Program-made: the position numbers and the translations under genes
The notes under the pieces: model-generated
What the model was told of the DNA's origin: nothing
What the model saw: the letters and a program-made list of their open reading frames with translations, nothing else
Database searches by the model: none
Assembly: GCA_037310415.1 (NCBI GenBank)
Contig: CP147780.1
Location: 2,080,001 to 2,144,000 of the forward strand
Source: Candidatus Atabeyarchaeum deiterrae
Lineage (GTDB): Archaea; Asgardarchaeota; Atabeyarchaeia; Atabeyarchaeales; Atabeyarchaeaceae
Reading direction: 5' to 3'
Length of the DNA stretch: 64,000 bases
In this document: piece by piece, positions 49,157 through 58,914 of the stretch
How positions within the stretch are numbered: the first letter of the stretch is position 1
Layout of the letters: the number at the start of each line of letters is the position of its first letter

Positions 49157-49262
49157 GTATTTTTGTGAGCGGTATATTAGACTATGGGTTCAGACACGCA
49201 GAAGAAGACGAAAGTTCAAATATCCTAATTGAACCAATACATTGGCAAGAAAGGGATAGTCG

Positions 49263-51797
49263 ATGAAAGGAACTCCCTCAACGTTTTGGAGCGTAAGTGG
49301 TCGCGACCTTCTCAAAGATCTCGAAACCAGACCCCAGGGATTAACAAGTGAAGAAGCGAAGCAGAGACTAGAGACCTACGGCTTCAATCTCCTTAAGGCA
49401 AGAAAGAGGACTGATGCACCCGCGTTACTCCTTGCTCAATTCAAGTCCCCTATCATTCTGATTCTTCTATTCGCGGCAGTATTGTCACTCTTCTTGGGTG
49501 GTCAAACAGGCGATCAGACTAGCTCCCTCATTATCTTGGCAATCGTATTCATTAGCAGCCTCCTTGGATTTTGGCAGGAAAGGGGAGCAACGAATGCGGT
49601 CAAGAAGTTGCTCTCCATAGTTCAGATAAAGTCCGTCGTTATGCGAGATGGAAATCCTAAGGTGATTCCAGCGGAAACGATTGTACCTGGGGACATTGTG
49701 ATTCTATCTGCGGGAGCAAGCGTCCCTGGAGACTGCCTAATTCTGAAGTCGAAGGACCTTTTCGTCGATGAGGCAACCTTGACGGGCGAGACCTACCCTG
49801 TCGAGAAAACTGTTGGAGTGCTGGCGCCTATAACAGCTCTCAGTCAGCGCACAAATGCGCTCCTAATGGGGACACACGTAGTGAGCGGAACAGGGCAAGC
49901 ACTCGTCGTTCGCACGGGAACAGAGACGGAATTTGGCAAGATCTCGGAAAGGCTGAGGCTGCGGCAACCGGAAACAGATTTCGAGCGAGGCGTTAGGCGA
50001 TTTGGCTACCTCCTCATGGAGGTCACTCTCATCTTGGTGTTCGCCATCTTCGCGATCAATGTCTATATGGCGCGCCCCGTATTGGATTCCTTTCTATTTG
50101 CATTAGCACTTGCGATTGGATTGACTCCACAATTGCTTCCGGCAATAATCAGCATCAACCTTTCACATGGTGCCAAACGTATGTCACTCGCCAACGTGAT
50201 CGTCAAACGCTTAGCTTCTATCGAAAACTTCGGTAGCATGAATGTGCTCTGCTCAGACAAGACCGGAACCTTAACTGAAGGAGTGATGCGTCTTCAAAGT
50301 TGCGTTGATGTTGAAGGCAATAAGAGCGAGAAAGTTCTGCTTTACGCCTACCTCAATGCTTTCTTTGAGACTGGTTTCGGAAATCCTATTGATGAAGCAA
50401 TAAGAGGCTACAAGAAGCTGCGCGTCTCAGACTACTCAAAACTGGATGAGGTGCCGTACGACTTCTTCAGAAAGAGACTGAGCATCCTTGTTTCCAAAGA
50501 GAGTACGCATCTGATGGTGACCAAGGGATACATTCAAAGTGTGCTCGACATTTGTTCATCAGCAGAAATGCCTCAAGGAAGAATCATCGAAATAACTTCT
50601 ATCCGAGAGCAGGTAATGAAACGTTTCAATGACGTTGCCAGCAAAGGATTGCGAGCGATTGCCGTGGCATATAAGGACATTGGCTCCCAAGCCATCATCG
50701 GCAAGGAAGACGAAAAAGGCATGACTTTCTTGGGATTGGTCATTTTTCTAGACCCACTGAAACAGGGTGCCAGCCGAACTGTCAAGCACCTGAAGGATCT
50801 TGGGATTTCGCTGAAGATCATTACAGGAGATAATCCTATTGTTGCAGCTTATGCTGCTGGAAAGGTCGGATTGCATAAACCAAGGATCTGCACTGGTTCA
50901 CAGCTACGCCAAATGAGTGACGAGGCACTTCTCAGGCAAGTGAATGATGTTGATGTGTTCGCCGAGATTGAGCCGAATCAGAAAGAGCGTATCATCATAG
51001 CTCTAAGAAAGGCGGGAAATGTAGTAGGCTTTGTGGGAGACGGAATAAACGATGCCTCAGCTCTCCATGCAGCCGACGTGAGCATCTCGGTCGAATCTGC
51101 GGTGGACGTTGCAAAGGAGGCTGCCGACATTGTCCTACTCAAGAAGGATTTGGATGTCCTCGTGGACGGGGTCCGAGAAGGCAGATCAACTTTCGCCAAC
51201 ACCTTGAAATACGTGTTTATGGCGACAAGCGCCAATTTCGGAAACATGTTCAGTATGGCTGGGGCGTCGCTCTTCTTAGAGTTCCTCCCATTGTTCCCTA
51301 AGCAGATACTTCTCATGAACCTAATGACAGATTTCCCCGAGATGACTATTGCCACGGATAAAGTGGACAAAGAACTCATCGAAAAACCCAGGCGCTGGGA
51401 CATCAAGTTTATCCGCAGGTTCATGCTGGCATTCGGTGTTCTAAGCTCAGTCTTTGACTACATAACCTTTGGCGTACTTCTGTTCTTGCTCATGGCTACT
51501 CCCGACCAATTCAGGACAGGTTGGTTTATTGAATCCGTTGTCTCCGCAGCCGTCGTCGTACTCGTTGTCAGAACTAGGAAGCCTTTCATCAAAAGTAGAC
51601 CAGGAAAGTACTTGCTCCTGACGACAATGATGATCGTCCTAGTGGCGATGATTCTTCCATTCATCACGCTTGGAGCGCTCTTTGGTTTCCAGCCTGTTCA
51701 AACTTGGTTCATTCTAGTGATGGCGATGATCGTGGCTCTATACGTCATTGGAGCCGAAATACTCAAGCATTTCTTCTACAGAAGATATACAACCTAA
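49263..51797 (+). CDS. mgtA: Mg2+-transporting P-type ATPase (P3B)
   Basis: TGE, GLTPQLLP, DKTGT, GDGIND, SANFGNMFS. Confidence 0.9.
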   Translation: MKGTPSTFWSVSGRDLLKDLETRPQGLTSEEAKQRLETYGFNLLKARKRTDAPALLLAQFKSPIILILLFAAVLSLFLGGQTGDQTSSLIILAIVFISSLLGFWQERGATNAVKKLLSIVQIKSVVMRDGNPKVIPAETIVPGDIVILSAGASVPGDCLILKSKDLFVDEATLTGETYPVEKTVGVLAPITALSQRTNALLMGTHVVSGTGQALVVRTGTETEFGKISERLRLRQPETDFERGVRRFGYLLMEVTLILVFAIFAINVYMARPVLDSFLFALALAIGLTPQLLPAIISINLSHGAKRMSLANVIVKRLASIENFGSMNVLCSDKTGTLTEGVMRLQSCVDVEGNKSEKVLLYAYLNAFFETGFGNPIDEAIRGYKKLRVSDYSKLDEVPYDFFRKRLSILVSKESTHLMVTKGYIQSVLDICSSAEMPQGRIIEITSIREQVMKRFNDVASKGLRAIAVAYKDIGSQAIIGKEDEKGMTFLGLVIFLDPLKQGASRTVKHLKDLGISLKIITGDNPIVAAYAAGKVGLHKPRICTGSQLRQMSDEALLRQVNDVDVFAEIEPNQKERIIIALRKAGNVVGFVGDGINDASALHAADVSISVESAVDVAKEAADIVLLKKDLDVLVDGVREGRSTFANTLKYVFMATSANFGNMFSMAGASLFLEFLPLFPKQILLMNLMTDFPEMTIATDKVDKELIEKPRRWDIKFIRRFMLAFGVLSSVFDYITFGVLLFLLMATPDQFRTGWFIESVVSAAVVVLVVRTRKPFIKSRPGKYLLLTTMMIVLVAMILPFITLGALFGFQPVQTWFILVMAMIVALYVIGAEILKHFFYRRYTT

Positions 51798-52102
51798 GGA
51801 ACACTGATCTGAATGGGGCTGGCCAATTCCGTTAGCGCACTATTTTATGACTATCTGCCACTACTTTCTGTGCCCACGCAAGGCAGGGACAGCAACAATT
51901 GCCGCAATAACACCAACGCATATGCCAACGATTAATAGTCCAAAAGTTATTGTTCTTGCAAGAGGTATTGAACTAAGCTTTGAGTGCGATCCGTCCTTCG
52001 AAAAAGGTATAAATAATGCGTGCAATCCTTTACCTTCTTCTGGCTACTTCAGTCGGACTTCTGAGAGTGTCATGATCCGAATACCTCGGGAGGTAACCTA
52101 GA

Positions 52103-53635
52103 TTGTTCATCGGCAAAGCTCTGAAAATAACTGACACTGTCCTAAGGGACGCACACCAATCTCTATTGGCAACAAGGATGAAGACTGAGGACATGTTGCC
52201 AATAACCGAGAAACTTGACCAAGTTGGGTACTGGTCACTCGAAATGTGGGGAGGAGCAACTTTTGATACATGCTTGCGGTTTCTTAATGAAGATCCCTGG
52301 GAGAGACTGCGGAAACTGAAAAAGGCTATGCCGAATACGCCTATGCAGATGCTGCTGAGAGGACAGAACATTGTTGGTTATCGTCACTATGCTGACGATG
52401 TAGTTGAGAAGTTTGTCACCAAAGCGGCTGAGAATGGAATAGATGTTTTCAGGATATTCGACGCTGTGAATGACATAAGGAACCTTGAGAAAGCCATAAG
52501 AGTGGCCAAGAAAATTGGTGCGAGAGTCGAGGGTGCTCTGTCTTACACGATCAGCCCAGTCCATGACGTAAGACTTTTTGTAAACTTTGCGAAGAAACTT
52601 CAGGAACTGAACGTGGACACCATCTGCATCAAGGACATGGCAGGTCTTCTATCGCCCACAGAAGCCAAGGCTCTGGTAACAGGGTTGAAGAAGGAGATTG
52701 ACTTGCCAATCCATCTTCATACTCACTTCACAAGCGGGATGGCGATAGCCACGTGCTGGGAGGCAATAAGGGCAGGGGTTGACATCGTTGATACCGCAAT
52801 ATCATCCATGGCACTGGCCACCTCTCAGCCTCCTACTGAACCAATAGTGTATATGGTCAAAGGAACTCCGCGGGACACTGGCATGAATCTTGCTCTGCTC
52901 AGCGAGATATCAGATTACTTCGCCGAGATTAGAAAGAAATACACAAAGTTTGAGAGCACATTGCCCGGAGTTGACACTAATGTGCTTGTCTATCAAATTC
53001 CTGGAGGTATGACGACAAACTTGGTCAACCAATTGAGAGAGCAGAATGCGCTCGGAAAGCTTGGCGAAGTATTGAGGGAAGTTCCTATTGTGAGGAAAGA
53101 ACTAGGATACCCTCCACTTGTCACTCCAACTTCCCAAATAGTGGGAACCCAAGCAGTGCTGAACGTGGTCACTGGCGAACGGTATAAGATAATACCGAAT
53201 GAGGTTAAGCAGTACGTCAAAGGATACTACGGCGCATCTCCGGCTCCTATTGACGAGAAGGTCAGAAGAAAGGTGATAGGGAACGAAGAGCCAATAACAG
53301 GAAGACCAGCCGACCTGCTCAAGCCAGAGTTCGAAAAAGCCCGCAAGGAGCTAGATGGGAGAACAAGAAGCGAAGAAGACATCCTGTCATATGTCTTGTT
53401 CCCGCAGGTAGCTATAAGCTTCTTTGAGATGAGAGATTTAAGAGAGAAGGGTCTAGGTAGCAGTGAATCTGCTATGGCGGCGCTTGCGGCGGCAATTGCA
53501 GATGAATCAGTAAGAAGAGCTAATGCCCCACACACGACACAGCTTAAACTAGACAAGAGAGCAATATTCTCTCCAAGCCCGTGGGCGCTAGCGGGAAGAC
53601 AGGAACTCATGAGGTCAAGAACGATGACGTTTTAA
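52103..53635 (+). CDS. pyruvate/oxaloacetate carboxyltransferase subunit (PycB/OadA/transcarboxylase 5S-like) without biotinyl domain
   Basis: RDAHQS, WGGATFD, IKDMAG, HTH, PGGM, VTPTSQ. Confidence 0.92.
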   Translation: MFIGKALKITDTVLRDAHQSLLATRMKTEDMLPITEKLDQVGYWSLEMWGGATFDTCLRFLNEDPWERLRKLKKAMPNTPMQMLLRGQNIVGYRHYADDVVEKFVTKAAENGIDVFRIFDAVNDIRNLEKAIRVAKKIGARVEGALSYTISPVHDVRLFVNFAKKLQELNVDTICIKDMAGLLSPTEAKALVTGLKKEIDLPIHLHTHFTSGMAIATCWEAIRAGVDIVDTAISSMALATSQPPTEPIVYMVKGTPRDTGMNLALLSEISDYFAEIRKKYTKFESTLPGVDTNVLVYQIPGGMTTNLVNQLREQNALGKLGEVLREVPIVRKELGYPPLVTPTSQIVGTQAVLNVVTGERYKIIPNEVKQYVKGYYGASPAPIDEKVRRKVIGNEEPITGRPADLLKPEFEKARKELDGRTRSEEDILSYVLFPQVAISFFEMRDLREKGLGSSESAMAALAAAIADESVRRANAPHTTQLKLDKRAIFSPSPWALAGRQELMRSRTMTF

Positions 53636-53642
53636 GAAATAT

Positions 53643-54260
53643 GTGACTACACTACATGGAGGCTCTTGCTCGTTGAAATTCAAGCTGACGATCGACGGTA
53701 GAACGCATGAGGTCGAAGTGGCTCAACAGGACTCTCACTCAAGTCCCTCCCTAGTTACGGTTAACATCGATGGCAAGACATTTGCAGTGTCAATTGTTGA
53801 AAGAGATGAGACAAACAGAACGATTAGAGTCAAAGTTGGCGAGAAGCAATTCAAGGTCGGTTTGGAAAAAGACAGTCTTACCAACGGAAGACCATCAGAC
53901 GTCAACATCAATGATATTCCGTTCCGGATTCAGGTTGCCAACCTTGGTGTAGCCAGACCAGCAGTCAACCTCGCAGTAGACGGTCAAACGCAATCGAAAG
54001 TAGGGACACCGACTACGAAGGCTGCGTCAAGACAAGCAGCGTCTGGAGAGAAAGCAATAAGGCCGCCCATGCCGGGGAAGATAATCTCGGTTAAGGTGAG
54101 ACAAGGAGACGTGGTGAAGGCTGGCGACGTCGTGCTAATTCTGGAAGCTATGAAGATGGCCAATGAAATAACGTCACCATTCGATGGCAAGATCAAGGAA
54201 GTGCGTGTCTCGAACGGTCAGTCAGTTGCCCCGGATGACTCATTGATCGTTATAGAATAG
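53643..54260 (+). CDS. biotin carboxyl carrier protein
   Basis: PMPG, EAMKM biotinylation motif. Confidence 0.95.
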   Translation: MTTLHGGSCSLKFKLTIDGRTHEVEVAQQDSHSSPSLVTVNIDGKTFAVSIVERDETNRTIRVKVGEKQFKVGLEKDSLTNGRPSDVNINDIPFRIQVANLGVARPAVNLAVDGQTQSKVGTPTTKAASRQAASGEKAIRPPMPGKIISVKVRQGDVVKAGDVVLILEAMKMANEITSPFDGKIKEVRVSNGQSVAPDDSLIVIE

Positions 54261-54267
54261 GAGACTT

Positions 54268-54501
54268 CTATCTTTCTTCTCTGATAAGATACGTCGTCGT
54301 GTGAAGAACTCCTTCTATCGTTCTCATCCGCGCTGTGATGTCGCGCAGTTTTATGAGGTCATTGACATCAAGTTCTGCAATGAAGTCAACATCACCGTAG
54401 ACGAGTGAGACCTTTTTCACGCCTTTGAGCTTTGCAATCTCTTCCTTTACTGTGGACTCACTTCCAGAGTTCACCTTTCCTGTAACATACGCCATTACCA
54501 T
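54268..54501 (-). CDS. stand-alone Lrp/AsnC ligand-binding (RAM) domain
   Basis: From MVMAYV: VYGDVDFIA..IEGV..TTT. Confidence 0.85.
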   Translation of the reverse strand: MVMAYVTGKVNSGSESTVKEEIAKLKGVKKVSLVYGDVDFIAELDVNDLIKLRDITARMRTIEGVLHTTTYLIREER

Positions 54502-54849
54502 TCTGAGCCCTCTCCTGCAACACACAGGGTCCCTTTGAATCTGTTCCGGTGTTAAGCCCGTTCTTGCGTCAAACGATATCATAAAGATGATTCTGCTTAT
54601 CAATTTAATCTAATTTGTCGTTCACGTCTATCAGTGTGGTCCAGCTACATTTTTGCTGCCAGCTAATTCGAGGATAAATACGATATCTCGCTCGTGTCCT
54701 GAAAGTTCGCATCTGTCATTGTGAGAATCCTCATCGACCCCATCACGGATGTCAGAAAATCAGTAACTCATAAATAAACGAGGTCTTCAACCTAGTATTT
54801 ATGAGAATCTGTTAGTACTGCCTATGTTCACCAGCGTAAGGTGCATTAG

Positions 54850-55419
54850 GTGAGTGTTCCAAAAATGGTTGAAGAACCATCTAATCGAAGTGATGAAGGA
54901 AATGAGAAGCCGACCGCGGCCGAAAAACTTCTATTCTCTATTAGAGAGATGAAGGAAAAGGTTGATGGCCTGAGCAAACTGATCAATGATAAGGTGATGA
55001 GACCTCCCGACCCGTCTGTGGCGGCTGATTCATTGCATTCAACGGCAAGAACCTTGAAAGAAGCGGGCGATTATATTTCAGTAAACCTCAGTGGCGTGAC
55101 ATTCAAGGACCTCAAGGGTTCAATGGAGACACTTAACAAGACGATCAAAGATATGACATTCGTGATTAGCGGCCTGGATGTCAGAGTGAAAGGCATGACC
55201 GATCTCCTGAGCTCCGTTGTCAAAAACACTAGGGAACTCAGCGAGGACATCAAATCTAACACCGCACTCATGAATATGTTGATGCGGGCTCTCGACACGA
55301 CCAGTATGGAACGAGAATCACAGCTACTGAAGAATATGCAGACATCAACTGCTCTCATAGAAAAGTTCACGGCACTTGTGAAAACACAAATAGACACAGC
55401 AGCAGATAGAGAAGACTAG
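54850..55419 (+). CDS. hypothetical coiled-coil protein
   Basis: Heptad pattern across most of its length. Confidence 0.6.
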   Translation: MSVPKMVEEPSNRSDEGNEKPTAAEKLLFSIREMKEKVDGLSKLINDKVMRPPDPSVAADSLHSTARTLKEAGDYISVNLSGVTFKDLKGSMETLNKTIKDMTFVISGLDVRVKGMTDLLSSVVKNTRELSEDIKSNTALMNMLMRALDTTSMERESQLLKNMQTSTALIEKFTALVKTQIDTAADRED

Positions 55420-55510
55420 CTATCTCCGTGCAGTCAGGACACATGAGGTTCTCATTGTCTTAGATAGTTGTAGATCTGAGGTTCCTTATTCCTTGTGATT
55501 TGAGAGATCT

Positions 55511-55807
55511 CTATTTCGGCGAGCATTTGCATGGAGAGCTTTCGCATCGAGGGCACCTGCTGCTGTACTTTGACGTGGCAGATTCTTCTAGGTCTATCCC
55601 AAGCACGTTGCATACACTGCAAAGCCAAGCCAGAACATCAGCTGCCTCGCCTCTTATGACCCCGAGAGAACTGCTTTTTGCCATTGCTTCAGCGAACTCT
55701 CCAATTTCCGAGACGAGCCAGAGCATATTTGCCTGTGGACCTCTGGCCGTATCTCTCTCGCCGTAGAGAGTTTTCATCAAGACCTGAAACTCCCTTATCG
55801 ATGTCAT
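55511..55807 (-). CDS. MazG-like NTP pyrophosphohydrolase with C-terminal Cys cluster
   Basis: SEIGE, EAADV, CPRC..PCKC. Confidence 0.88.
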   Translation of the reverse strand: MTSIREFQVLMKTLYGERDTARGPQANMLWLVSEIGEFAEAMAKSSSLGVIRGEAADVLAWLCSVCNVLGIDLEESATSKYSSRCPRCESSPCKCSPK

Positions 55808-55856
55808 CTGTTATATCATACGCTCCTCTAGCTCTATAGAACAGTTCAGCAAGCAG

Positions 55857-56123
55857 TCAGTCTTCTTTTTCGAAGTCTTTGAAGCTTATTAAGCGTTTCC
55901 AGTAGGTCTTTCCTTCCCTGTTGAAGGAGGCGAGAGCACCTATGGTTTCCAGACGTTTGAGAAAGGTCACCAACTGCTCTTTGGTCATAGGCTTTATTCT
56001 TCTGTGGTCACAAGTTAGAAGGTAGTGCTGATACAGTTCGTCCTCGAGTTTGTAGACAGGTAGTCCGAAAGCATCTAAGACTATGAGTGCATTGTTCTCA
56101 TCAGCTGGATCGATGCTAGACAA
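55857..56123 (-). CDS. small winged-helix-like protein
   Basis: LVTFLKRLETIGAL..GKTYWKR. Confidence 0.5.
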   Translation of the reverse strand: MSSIDPADENNALIVLDAFGLPVYKLEDELYQHYLLTCDHRRIKPMTKEQLVTFLKRLETIGALASFNREGKTYWKRLISFKDFEKED

Positions 56124-56532
56124 AGTCTCTAAAACTCCATTGTGACTGACTCAAAGCTTCTTGCCATTGGATTCAGACAACATGACCAGCATGCACTTCA
56201 AGCTGCGCAGAATTCATGGTTGGCGACAAGCGGCATGGTGCTATTCTTCGTTTTAAGATTTCCGAGAGAACGCCAACCTTTGTTTGTGGGGGTGCATATG
56301 GAAAAAACGATTCTTCACGTTAACATGATGCAAGAGCAAAAGGAATTGGAGGCGGGGGGAAGGTTTAGCGGAGTTTTCGGAGCCACCCGATTTGGTTGGA
56401 TTATTGCCCAACCCCCGAAAAAGTAGCGTGCCTCGAATCCGTGTATGAGGCAACCCCCCAGTTGTTCATCCCTACTTTCGCCCCTTCCATGCCGCCTCTC
56501 TATCACCTTTTTATTCCCTTTCATCCCTGTAA

Positions 56533-56922
56533 CTATTTTTCGTCATTGTATTCTTCTAGTTGTAGCGCCGTTACCGCTTTCTGAATATCGAGGTTTGTTT
56601 TCCACACGACAAACCCGTCCTTCTTCGGGAACATGATCAGGTTGAAGTCGCTATTTGAAGCGACTACAAACAGTTTGTTCACCCTGAACGTCTTCTTGGC
56701 TTGTTCCAAGAGCATCTCGCCGAGTGCCCCAACCATACGCATTTGCTCCGGATCTGTGTCAGGTGAGATTATGTGGAGATCCTGAATCTCTCCGCGTCGA
56801 AGTGTAACGGCCTCACCGTCGATCTCTAAGGCGAGCGGGTTCGGCTGAACTCCATTGCTTTTCATAAGTTTAGTTTCCATATGGGCCTGGTCCACCTGGA
56901 TCCATTTTTCCATCTCCGTCAT
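56533..56922 (-). CDS. roadblock/profilin-like small protein
   Basis: Helix (DPEQMRMVGALGEMLLEQA) followed by three beta strands and a terminal helix. Confidence 0.4.
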   Translation of the reverse strand: MTEMEKWIQVDQAHMETKLMKSNGVQPNPLALEIDGEAVTLRRGEIQDLHIISPDTDPEQMRMVGALGEMLLEQAKKTFRVNKLFVVASNSDFNLIMFPKKDGFVVWKTNLDIQKAVTALQLEEYNDEK

Positions 56923-57243
56923 GTTTTCTCATTGTTGATGACTGCGTCATGGGAGTTTTTAAGGGACCAAAAATACGCTCTACTAAAAGATCTGCTTGCT
57001 CTTTCCCACGTTTCAGACACATTCTACACCAGAAAAGCAAAAATAGTCGAAATCGCGTCTCTTTCAAGCCTTTCTGGCACAGTACCGCCTCTAAGAGGAA
57101 CCAGATCGAGACATGTTTCTAGGCAACCGTTCCCTCTTCACCTAGTTTTATATATCACCTTGAGGATCTCTAGTCACTGCCCCCCGCGCGGATGGGTCAT
57201 TGCCTTCCTTTAGTAGCCCCTCTCCAACTGGTGACCATGAAGC

Positions 57244-58620
57244 TTGCTGCCCCTAGATAAGAACATGTTGACCAAGAGATACTCTGACATGTTCGTCCAA
57301 TGCAATGACAAAGAAGTGCAACAATTCTACTGGTTATTGACTTTGTACCTTGCGAAATGTGACGGGATAGTTTCGCCTTCTGAGGTTCGGAATCTGATGG
57401 GTAATACGGGCGCAATCCCTTTTGATCCTTATGTCACTCCTTTGGAGAGAAAAGAATCTTTACTGATAAGGTTGAAGTTTCTGAAGAAGTATGACATCAA
57501 AACACCTGGCGAGATCTCCAGAGTCCTAACACAGGGTCTATTCTCGACGGGCAAGTTCAATGCTGCTGATCGAAGATACCTTGCTGAATTCGTTGAGCAT
57601 CCAGAAGCCTCGTTCAAACAGTCCGCAAGCAGACTTAAAGTGGCGACAAGCTCGGTTTTTGAAGCTTATCACAGGCTCAAAGAGGTGATCCAATTCCGTT
57701 TTACATTCGACCCAAACTATCCTCTTCTCAAGCTCAGGCATTTTGTCGTCTTCTTCAAACCGAACGAATCATTTGACAGCAAAGAGATCTCCAGTAAGGA
57801 GTTCATCTTGTCAATCAATCGAGACACATTCGGGAACTGGATGTGGGCCTCTTTCCTAGTTCCTGACCAAGATAGGATCTTGCAGGAGTTCAGAAGTGGC
57901 CTAGCTCGTTTCGCGCGGAAGTCGTTCGAAGACCATCGACTTTACGAGGTTAGATCCATCGGAAGACACTTCAATCTCTCCATGTTCGATGGGGAGAGGT
58001 GGATCTTCACCGAAGAGGCTTTGGGAATCGGAGCTTTCAAGTTCGCTGAACACAGTAAAGAGATCTCCACGCCCATGCCAGAATCTGCCTACGGTGATAA
58101 GCCTATCAAATTCGACAGAGCTGATTTCCTTATTTCATGCCTCAAAATTGGAGATTCTCGGATCAAGAATTCGAATATCAGGGAGGCTCTTACGGAAAGC
58201 GGTTACGACTTCTCATGGGTCACCGTCTCGAAGAGACTCACGACACTGAAGCGCGCTGGAGTCTTCTTCCCAGGCTCCTATTTCTCTGGGTTGGGCCTGA
58301 ATTTGGCGTTGATGTTCGCAGTGGAGTGCAATGATGAACTGGTCCGGACGTTCCAACACGTGTTTCCAGCGTTTCCGGCATGTGTTGCGAGCAGAACGGA
58401 CAAGGGGGTTATTTTCCACGTGAGAACCACAGCTGAGACTGGCACAGCAATCTCCTATCTGATGCAAAGCTTAAAGGACGAAGTGGATGATATTATCGTC
58501 GCAAACCGGCTCGAGAACATCGGCATCAGAAATCCGTCAGCGCTTCACAAGTATTGGAATAATGACAGACAATACTGGGAATTCCAGCGAGGCGTCTTTG
58601 ATTTGGCACGGCAGCCCTAG
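57244..58620 (+). CDS. Lrp/AsnC-like protein with two HTH-effector modules, paralog 1
   Basis: HTH1 PEASFKQSASRLKVATSSV; HTH2 SWVTVSKRLTTLKRAGV; each followed by an alpha/beta domain. Confidence 0.65.
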   Translation: MLPLDKNMLTKRYSDMFVQCNDKEVQQFYWLLTLYLAKCDGIVSPSEVRNLMGNTGAIPFDPYVTPLERKESLLIRLKFLKKYDIKTPGEISRVLTQGLFSTGKFNAADRRYLAEFVEHPEASFKQSASRLKVATSSVFEAYHRLKEVIQFRFTFDPNYPLLKLRHFVVFFKPNESFDSKEISSKEFILSINRDTFGNWMWASFLVPDQDRILQEFRSGLARFARKSFEDHRLYEVRSIGRHFNLSMFDGERWIFTEEALGIGAFKFAEHSKEISTPMPESAYGDKPIKFDRADFLISCLKIGDSRIKNSNIREALTESGYDFSWVTVSKRLTTLKRAGVFFPGSYFSGLGLNLALMFAVECNDELVRTFQHVFPAFPACVASRTDKGVIFHVRTTAETGTAISYLMQSLKDEVDDIIVANRLENIGIRNPSALHKYWNNDRQYWEFQRGVFDLARQP

Positions 58621-58914
58621 CAACAGACACTAATATCTCGTCTCTATTCCTGAGACAGACAATAAAACGGAAAACTCGTTGAGGCGCTGCTACACTTGTC
58701 TCATCAAGATAGACAAGATTTTGACCGTTTCTTCGAAATGGGCCAATTGAGCCTCTTCTCGGAAACCGGCAAGATGCGAACGACTCTGATGTTCAGTTAA
58801 GACAGGTTTTCAGTAAAGTCTCTGAGATCATTTGATCTTATATCGCTCATGATCTACAACTGTCACTATGGTTTCGAAGTCGACTGATTTCTGATAGTAA
58901 CCTTTCTTCTCTCG

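Noticed and set aside
56124-56530. Several short ORFs and small hairpins
   Set aside because: Mutually overlapping, atypical composition, no supportable call
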